NCBI RefSeq assembly: GCF_009914755.1 | Contig: NC_060925.1 | DNA from: the human T2T-CHM13v2.0 reference genome, Homo sapiens | Direction: 5' to 3' (one strand) | DNA: 64,000 bases | Part shown: positions 54,221 to 64,000 of the stretch, one piece after another | How the letters are laid out: each line of letters starts with the position of its first letter | Numbering within the stretch: the first letter of the stretch is position 1 | Notes under the pieces: generated by a model | Seen by the model: the letters and a program-made list of their open reading frames with translations, nothing else | Told to the model about the DNA's origin: nothing | Database searches by the model: none | Translations under genes and position numbers: made by a program

Positions 54221-55657
54221 AGAAGCAAAACCAGCAGCTGGTATTAGGCCAACGAGATAAATGGGAGGGAAGGCTCAGGTAATTCCTCAAGTAGACCCCA
54301 TCACCCATTACCAGCTTTTGTGTGCATGATGAGTGAGCTGGTTGTGATGAAAGGGACAGTGTTAGAGCACGATTGCCACACTCACTGCTGTTCTGTTACT
54401 GCTACTGCATTTCTTTTTTCTCTCTGACTTCTTGGCTTGATGCTTTTTTTTTTTTTTTTTTCAGATTTGTGTATCTTTTATTTCCCTTTATTTTTCCTGT
54501 GATCCTTGAAGTCACCAGGACACTTTAAGGAACCTCATTCATGAATGGCAAAGTCCATGAACTTTCTGGTCACATCTCTCTTCTTGGTCTCGCCGACCAT
54601 ATTAGTTACTCGCTAAACTGATTAGTTAGTAGACATGGAAGACTACATGCAATATTCTGGTCATTACCTGCTTCCAATTTGACTGATATCCACAGGAATT
54701 TCTGATGGCACCCCTTGCATTCCTCTTTGGTTGGCAAGTCTGCTGGTCTGCTCTTAGCATACCATCTTGTCTCAGGTTTGGGGTTGCCAGAAAAATCTAG
54801 TGAGCTATTTATGAAGAAGCCTGCCCTTCTGGAAACAACATATTCTCTCTTCTACATTCTATTTTGCTTTTGTCTCTTAAACGTTACTATTTGTCAGATC
54901 TTTCTGCCAGGGATTAAAGCCATGCCTCTAATCACACCAAAGCCCGCATAAAGTATATTATAACACTTTTAAAATTACAGGCAGGAGAGTAGTAATTTAA
55001 AATCGAGGCTCCATAATCAGAAGACATGGATTTCAAATCCTGACTCCCATTTACTGTGTGACCTTGTACAAAACACTGATGATGGTAAAAGTTGTGCTTG
55101 TCTGTGGTGTGATGGGTGCTTACTCTGTGCTAGGCATTGTAGCTAAAAAAAAATCAAGTTATTTCATAGAGCAGCAATAAAAATCAGAGGAAACTCAGTA
55201 AACACCCACATTTTTGGATGAGAAATCTGAAGCTTTTCAGATTCAGTATTTATAAAATGTATGACTTTGGGCAAGTTACTTAATCTTTCTAAGCCTCATC
55301 TACAAATAAAAATATCTCATTTCTGTAGCTACATGATTAAAGGACTTGATTCCTGGAAAGAACTTAGTCCAAACTGAGCCAATATGTTTTATCTGCTAAA
55401 ACTACTGTTATTACTTTTCAATCTTCCATATGTGAATTACTTATATCTGATATACAAAAAGAAAAAATTACCTGGCCAATTAGATCCAAAAGGAACAACC
55501 AAATTGAACTGTTCAGACCAAAGTATTCATTTTGGAGATAGTCAACAATATGCATTTCAATTTGCAGTATGAAAGCAGAATCCAACCAAGGCATAAGAAT
55601 AGGTGTCAGGTTGGAAATAAGCAAACAACCTGGAATCACTTTAAAAATACTGGAAAT

Positions 55658-55952
<295 letters not shown>

Positions 55953-56311
55953 CTAGAAATGTCCCTGGGTCACTTAGTGATAGATAATTAGGCAGACAGA
56001 TGTTCTTTCCCACTTGCTTCCTCATTCTTACTTCTACACTCAACTATCTGAGGAAATTCCAGGTGCCATAGCCCTTAATCCAGTTCATAGTCTCTACTAT
56101 GGTACATCAAGCCACCCACGTTCAGCTTCCCCATTGAGGACCACATATATGTAGTCACTCTTGCTTAGTCGAGTGTTTTGTTTATCAACCCGGTTTCACA
56201 GTTTCAGAGGAAGGAATCAATGTAGTAATACTTCATTGAATGCCAGACATTGTGGACTTTATTCATTGGAGTATTATACATATTTGTAGGTCTATTAAAT
56301 ATTTTTGATCT

Positions 56312-57164
56312 TCAAAAAGTGTGCGAAGGACATGAACAGACACTTCTCAAAAGAAGACATTTATGCAGCCAAAAAACACATGAAAAAATGCTCATCATCA
56401 CTGGCCATCAGAGAAATGCAAATCAAAACCACAATGAGATACCATCTCACACCAGTTAGAATGGCGATCATTAAAAAGTCAGGAAACAACAGGTGCTGGA
56501 GAAGATGTAGAGAAATAGGAACACTTTTACACTGTTGGTGGGACTGTAAACTAGTTCAACCATTGTGGAAGACAGTGTGGCGATTCCTCAAGGATCTAGA
56601 ACTTTAAATACCTTTTGACCCAGACATCCCATTACTGGGTATATACCCAAAGGATTATAAATCCTGCTGCTATAAAGACACATGCACACGTATGTTTACT
56701 GCGACTCTATTCACAATAGCAAAGACTTGGAACCAACCCAAATGTCCAACAATGATAGACTGGATTAAGAAAATGGTGGCACATATACACCATGGAATAC
56801 TATGCAACCATAAAAAATGATGAGTTCATGTCCTTTGTAGGGACATGGATGAAGCTGGAAACCATCATTCTCAGCAAACTATCGCAAGGACAAAAAACCA
56901 AACACTGCATGTTCTCACTCATAGGTGGAAATTGAACAATGAGAACACATGGACACAGGAAGGGGAACATCACACACCGGGGCCTGTTGTGGGGTGAGGG
57001 GAGAGGGGAGGGATAGCATTAGGAGATATACCTAATGTTAAATGACGAGTTGATGGGTGCAGCACACTAACATGGCACATGTATACATATGTAACTAACC
57101 TGCACATTGTGCACATGTACCCTAAAACTTAAAGTATAATTAAAAAAAACAGAAAAAAAAGAAA
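56312..57164 (+). mobile_element. 5'-truncated primate L1PA (ORF2 Cys-rich C-terminus, 3' UTR, A-tail)
   Basis: ORF 56305-56607 reads [26 protein letters not shown]...[26 protein letters not shown] (L1 ORF2p, then disrupted). Confidence 0.96.
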
Positions 57165-57540
57165 GTATTAGTAACTGAAAAAAATAACGTCTTTTCTATA
57201 GTGGACATCATAAACCTTACTGTGGCTCTCTCACACAATTATGAATATCTAATGTGTTTTCCAAATTAAGTTTCATAAGAATTCTGTATAGTTTTTTAAA
57301 AATTGAATTTTGATTGTTTTTTGGAAACCATTTAATCTGTGAGATAATTTTTTGCTACTTACATTAATCTAAACATACTTTATATATCATATTTTTCTAT
57401 TATTCCCTTAATTGATATTATTAATTTCCTGGGGTCAAATAGGTTTGGAAATGCTAAACTAATAATGTAAAAGTACTTTGAAACCTGTAAAATGCTTTGT
57501 AAATGAAAGATTCTATTATTGTAAAAAAAAAAAAAAAAAA

Positions 57541-57826
57541 GAATTCCTAGGATGCCAAGCAGCAAGAAAATGCGAAGAAAAATCAATTAAAACTGACCGG
57601 GAGTTGACACAGATGTTAAAATTAGCGGATACAGAGATTATAACTATTGTTAGAAGTATTTTCCACATGTTCAAAAGCCAAGTAAAGACATCAAAGATAG
57701 TTTAAAAGACCCATATCACATTTCTAGAGATGAAAACTGCAATATATGAGATTTAAAATACACTGGATAGAATTAACAATAGATTAGACTAATTGCAGAA
57801 GAAAAAATCTAGTGAGCTTGAAGATT
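57541..57826 (+). mobile_element. Old L1M ORF1 fragment
   Basis: acacagatgttaaaattagc; tttctagagatgaaaac; aattaacaatagattagac...agtgagcttgaaga. Confidence 0.65.
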
Positions 57827-57968
57827 TGAAGGAGGCAGAGATGTAGGCATATGGATATCTGAAGGAAGAATGTCCTAGGCATTACTAGAAATTATAAGTG
57901 GAGAGATAATGATTTTAATGTACTTAACATAGTATTTAGCATTTAACCAGCATTCAAAAGACAAAAGT

Positions 57969-58077
57969 TTATATGTATGTATAATACCCATATATATATG
58001 TGTATATATGTATATGTATGTATGTATATGTATGTATATTATATATACATATATGCATATATATGTATGTATAATAC

Positions 58078-58114
<37 letters not shown>

Positions 58115-58118
58115 TATA
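57969..58118. repeat. TA-rich low-complexity tract with a duplicated 30-mer, inside a MIR (-)
   Basis: tatatgtatgtataatacccatatatatat at 57970 and 58060. Confidence 0.9.
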
Positions 58119-58279
58119 AAACCTCCTGTAATCTTCACAAGAACTCTGTAAGTTAGATAACCTCATTTTATTATTAAGAGAGCAGAGGTTCTAAGGAGTT
58201 GAAATATATATTAATGCAAGGTCATCCAGAGACCAAAATAGACACACATTTTGACCTCAGACTAATCCCAGCCCTCAAG

Positions 58280-58657
58280 TCTGAAGTTCAGCTGATCTAC
58301 ACTGGGCGTGGCTCCAACCTCAGGGCTGGGATCAGGTCAGCTCTATTCATATTCCTTGGATTAGCAGCTTCCTGGAACATGCTCTTCTCATGGTGAATGG
58401 CAGAAACATAAGAGAATGAGCACAAACACATGATACCTCGAAAGCCTTGGCATTGAACTGGCCCACTTTCACTTCAGCCAACATTTTGTTTGCAGAAACA
58501 AGTTGTATGGCTAAGCCCCACATTAATGGAGCAGAGAATCAGACTCTGGAACTCTTGGGAGATGTATTCACAAAACTCACATGCCAAAAGGTATGGTTGT
58601 AAAATTATAACATATGGAGAGGTAAAGAATTAAGAATAAGAATCTAATCTACCATAC
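58280..58657 (-). mobile_element. Old MLT1 LTR fragment
   Basis: tgctcttctcatggtgaatggcagaa...ttggcattgaactggccc...aatctaatctacca. Confidence 0.6.
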
Positions 58658-58846
58658 AGAAATAGAGATATACAGTTTTACAGAATTGGAAAAGCCTGCA
58701 TCCTAATTTTAATTCTTCCAAACACTATAAATTATTAAGAAATGTAGAAAGATATGAGGAGGAATAACATTTCCAACTTCTTTTACTTTTGGTAAAAGTT
58801 TTAAAGTTTTTTCATTTGCTATTTTGCAGTTGTAAGTTTCCCCAGG

Positions 58847-59251
58847 TGAATTAGTCCATTCTCACACCGCTATAAAGAACTACCTGAGACTGGGTAATTT
58901 ATGAAGAAAAGAGGTTTAATTGATTCACAGTTCTGCAGGCTATACAAGAGGCATGACTAGGGAAGCCTCAGGAAACTTACAATAATGGCAGAAGGTGAAG
59001 GGAAGCCAGCATTGTTCTCAACATGGTGGAGCAGGAGAGAGGGAGAGAGAGTGAGAGGGAGGAGATGCCGCACACTTTCGAACAATGAGACCTTATGAGA
59101 ACTCTGTCATGAGACAGCACGGGGGGAATGGTGCTAAACCATTAAATACCATGCCCGTGATCCAGTCACCTCCCTGCAGGCCACTCCTCCAATACTAGGG
59201 ATCACAATTCAACATGAGATTTGGGTGGGGACACAGAGCCAAACCATATCA
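58847..59251 (-). mobile_element. MSTA-like solo LTR
   Basis: tgaattagtccattctcacac...gccaaaccatatca; TSD ccagg/ccaag. Confidence 0.9.
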
Positions 59252-59460
59252 CCAAGGATCAATAAAAATAATTATGAACCTAAATTTACTGTACTACAGG
59301 AAACCTAGGCAGCAAATAAGGAACACTATGAAGGGGTGACTTTAACTTTCCAGAATACACAAAGATATATTATTAATTATTCTGAGAGAAATAATTTCCA
59401 AACTCCCCTGTTAACAAAAGATAATGAAATCTTCAGACAAAAAGGGAGAGCTTTATTTTT

Positions 59461-59517
59461 ACACACAAATGCACACAAACACACATGCGCACTCACACAC
59501 ACACACACACACACACA
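59461..59517. repeat. (CA)n microsatellite
   Basis: Imperfect run followed by (CA)12. Confidence 0.9.
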
Positions 59518-61409
59518 TCTGCAGACTAAGGGGGCATAGCTTTTGGTGAAAGTGAAAGTGTGCTCTCTAAAGAATAAATGGAGGATCTGGCTTAAAGTTC
59601 TCACCCCAGTTGGAAGTTTGGTCCTTTTTGCAAATGAAGGATTCGAACTTGTTCTGCTCTGATTTGTCAAAATAGTCAAGCTTTGACTGAGTGGCTTCCA
59701 AGCCCCAAACCAGAAGTCTTTGTCAGATGTTTTCTTTCAAATGTCCGTTGCGGGTAGTGGGGAGGGGCTTCTAGCCACAGTTTATCTTGGCACTGACAAC
59801 AGAAACTAGTTTAGCTTGATTGTAGAAAGCGAGGTCCTGTGACACTTTTACAACATCCTTCTGAGAATACAGAGCGCATGACTGCTCCCTCACCCATCCA
59901 TGACCAATTGGTTCTGTTTTAACTTCGAGCCTCTCACTTAGCCACTGGGAGTCCATTTTGTCTGTCAGCCAGGGGCACACTTTAACAGACCCCAGAATAG
60001 ATGGACCATGTAGAGAAAATGGCCTATATTCTCAAGAGATTCTAAAGCAACCCCAAATGAAAAGACTGAGCCTAACAACAACAACAACAAAAAGAATCAA
60101 GAAGGAGGTGAAAAACACGACTTTTTCTGCTTAAGAGGGAGACTTTTATAAAATGCTTCCCTTTGCCCAAGGTCAAAAACAAAACAAAAGAGAATTTTAG
60201 ATCTATTATATTCAGGCCAACCAAGAGCTTCTTCAAGCCTGAAATATTTATTTCCAACCTAGATTATCAGACAGCAAGAGTTAGAAATATAAATCTTGTG
60301 TCTTCAGATAGCCATGTTCCTATTAAACTGCAATATAAAGTATTGATAAAATGAAATTCCAGTTTGGGAACTGCTAGGTGCCTAACCTTTGCCCTGAAGA
60401 GTATTTTTGGGAATAGTATCAATTTATAATAGTGATGGTATAAACCCTTTATCTTCTAAATGCTTTGGACTCAAAGACCATGGGATTAATTATACACTGG
60501 GAGCAACAATTCATGAATATTTAACATCCTCATCTATACTTAATGAATAAATTTGCATTTTGACACTATTATTTAACGTGCTTTAAGGAAATACTGCTCA
60601 TACCTTTCAATTTGGTAGATTAGTTGAATGTAATCAGAATGATAAGGCAAGAGAGATATAGTATTATTTAAATAACCTTGTTTTTTATGACTGCTTCTGC
60701 TTCCATGAGTTTGTTTCCCCCGTTATCTTTTATGCAACTAGGTTTACTTCATTTTACTCTGGCTGTTCTGTCTTAATCATTTTGCCTCTGTGGTTCTTGC
60801 AGAAAGGAGTTTCTTTAGATTCATGGAAAAACAATGCAAATTAAATAATCAGTGTTTTGCTTCCCTATGTGTGTTCTGTAACAGGGCATTCTCTCACACA
60901 AAATATCCCAATGCAATTGGCAGTAATTGCGTCCTGAGCTGGCAGTCTCAGCAAGGCTGCCACGACCCACACAGCAAGCTGGGAGAGTGGCAGAATCAAT
61001 GGCAGTGAGCAAAGGTCTCTGAATTTCCCTAAGAAAAATAGAATCTCAAGGAATCAGGGCTGAGAAAAACTAACAAGGATGTTGTGGAAGATAAGCTTTT
61101 GTGTTTGCTTGTTTTCGTTTGTTTGTTTTTTAATCTTTGGCTTATTGTGCGGGCTTTTTTTTTTTTCCACAAGCAATGAATTTTTTCTTTATGAGGTGGG
61201 CACCTAATATACATATCCACCTTAGGGAGTTTAGACACAAGAGCTTGCCTTTAGAAATCTGATTTTCACGAAGAGCCCATCATCTTTCCAAAAGGAAGGG
61301 GGCTTTGAGACCTGTGACCAAGCTCTTGGAAGTCAGAATTAAGACTTGCCAACAAAGATGAAGGACAAAATTGGACAAGAAAAAGAGGAAGGGGAAAGAA
61401 ATGAAAATC

Positions 61410-61610
61410 TAGATGCCTGACACTGTGCCAAATGATTGCATATATAATCCTATTTAATCCTTTCCTGTGAGGTTTCTATTATCATCATCATTACCACTTC
61501 ACAAATGAGGAAACTGAAGCTCAAACAGGTTAACATCAATTGTAAAAATTCAGGCTAGAATTTGAATCCAGTTCTGTTGGAACCAAAAATTCACTTGCTT
61601 TCCTCCATTC
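61410..61610 (-). mobile_element. MIR
   Basis: cttcacaaatgaggaaactgaagctcaaacaggttaa. Confidence 0.7.
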
Positions 61611-61656
61611 TCAATTAATGGGTGCTTTAAAGGAGCTTGCTGTCAAATATACCAGA

Positions 61657-62003
61657 TGCCTTAGTTCATTCAGTCTGCTATAACAGCACACCATAGACTG
61701 AGTGGCTTATGAACAACTGAAATTTATTTCTCACAGTTCCGGAGGCTGGCAAGTAGAAATCAACTCGCAGATTCAGTGTCTAGTGAGAGCTTGCTTTCTC
61801 ATTCACAAATGGCTGTGTTTTCACTGTGTAGAAAAGATGAAGAAGGAGCTCTCTGGGGCCTATTTTATAGAGATACTAATCCTATTTTATAAGGCTCTAC
61901 CCTCCTGACCTAAACACTTCCCAAAGGCTTCATCTCCATCACATTGTGGGTTAGGATTTCAGTACGTAAATTTTGAGGGAACACAAACATTCTGTCTATA
62001 GCA
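61657..62003 (-). mobile_element. MLT1A-like solo LTR
   Basis: tgccttagttcattcagtctgctataac...cacaaacattctgtctatagca; TSD ccaga/ccagg. Confidence 0.85.
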
Positions 62004-62163
62004 CCAGGGTTGAGCATGAAAATGCCACTTGCTCAGGAAAATACTCCCAGCACCCCTGTCCTGGGTCAGGTTCTATGTTGATCACAATGTGTGATTATGT
62101 ATGTGTCTATGAGATATCTACTCCTTTCCTCCACACACTTGACTGTAACTTCCAAGAGGGCAG

Positions 62164-62960
<797 letters not shown>

Positions 62961-63034
62961 GGCAGGAACCACTTTTGCTCACCATTGTATCCCCAGCACC
63001 CAGCAGAGTGCCTGACAGGAAGTGGGTTTTCTGT

Positions 63035-63175
63035 GTGTATGTGTGTCTCAGTTTCTTCATCTTTAAAATTTTGGTGAAAAATATCTATTTCACAGTGTTT
63101 ATGTGATAATTAAACAAGAGAATTTACATAATGTGACTTTCACAGAGCCTGGAAAACAGAGTGCTCAATAGACAG
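63035..63175 (+). mobile_element. MIR
   Basis: tctcagtttcttcatctttaaaat...cacagagcctggaaaacagagtgctcaata. Confidence 0.65.
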
Positions 63176-64000
63176 TAGTTTTAAAAAGTAAAGATGTGTA
63201 CGCCACTCTGGGCCCATGGAAAAGGGCCAAGGCCAGGTTTTGAGTCTGGGTATTATACTTGAGGGGCTCTGAACCAAATACAGATGCTCTTAATCATTCC
63301 CAAGACTGGTGTGACCTAGGAAACCAAGTAGAGAACTATAAAGAATATAGAAATAGCAGGTAGAAGAATCAGTCTTACCCTTAGGGTAAGATGTGAACAG
63401 ACTAGATAGCATAAAAGTCAATAATGACTAAATTTCAACCCTCTGTCTTCATGCAGCCTGTGTAGCTACTCACTGTGTTACCCAAGCACAAATGTAATAG
63501 AAGTGGGGAAAATAAAACACTTTTACAAGCTCTACCACAGCCCACAATTCCACTACCCTTCTTTCTGATGGAAGGATTCTAGCTTTCTAGGTTAGCTTCA
63601 AGGTGTCATTTACAATATTTCAGAGTTGAGGCTGACAAACTTGTGAGTAGAGATGCACAATCTAATCAAATGGCATTAAAATGACTTAAAAAATTGTGAC
63701 TCATTGCTATAGAAATTCAGAGTTCACTCAAGAATTGAAAGTTTTTGAGCAAATGGCTCCTGTTGCCTGCTATTCAAAGCAGATGTCCAAGCACTTCTGT
63801 CCACTGCATCTTGGCATCAGAGTCACCATGAAAAACACAACACAATCAGGCACTGGACAGAACAAAACTTTGCTCATATAGAGAAGAGACAGAGCAAGAT
63901 CAGCTTCAGCAGAGGTGTCAGCCCCCTATGCCCAAGGGGTCCCTCCGGGCAGCAGATACCAGGCAATTGGCCTGCACTCACCCTTCTTGCTGCAGCAGAG

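Noticed and set aside
56305-56607. 100-aa ORF with clear protein-like sequence
   Set aside because: Fragment of L1 ORF2p in a truncated element, not a host gene.
60830-60841. Adjacent SOX (AACAAT) and octamer (ATGCAAAT) motifs
   Set aside because: They overlap and do not have the canonical Sox-Oct geometry; expected by chance in AT-rich DNA.

Overview
AT-rich, CpG-depleted primate (most likely human) genomic DNA. It holds the 3' end of the sialyltransferase gene ST6GALNAC3 on the + strand: about 19.4 kb of upstream intron, a 108-bp coding exon (19460-19567, sialylmotif S), a 1060-bp GT-AG intron, and the terminal exon (CDS 20628-20814, motifs III and VS). The 3' UTR is repeat-poor, with candidate poly(A) sites near 22.9 kb and 26.6 kb. 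The remaining ~37 kb is intergenic and transposon-rich: Alus, young and old L1s, L2/MIR, DNA transposons, many MaLR LTRs and one two-LTR MST-type provirus. Apart from the two exon ORFs, the ORF track is repeat-derived or chance. I found no evidence of a new multi-gene system. The most interesting small-scale observations are: a 36-bp tailless Alu flanked by a 19-bp TSD; a frame-symmetric exon behind a 105-nt AG-free UG-rich acceptor; clustered miR-183/96/182 seed sites; a perfect 24-bp duplication of a double-GATA palindrome; a homeodomain/ETS motif cluster; and an Ile223 codon. Repeat subfamily names were recognised by eye and old-repeat boundaries are approximate.
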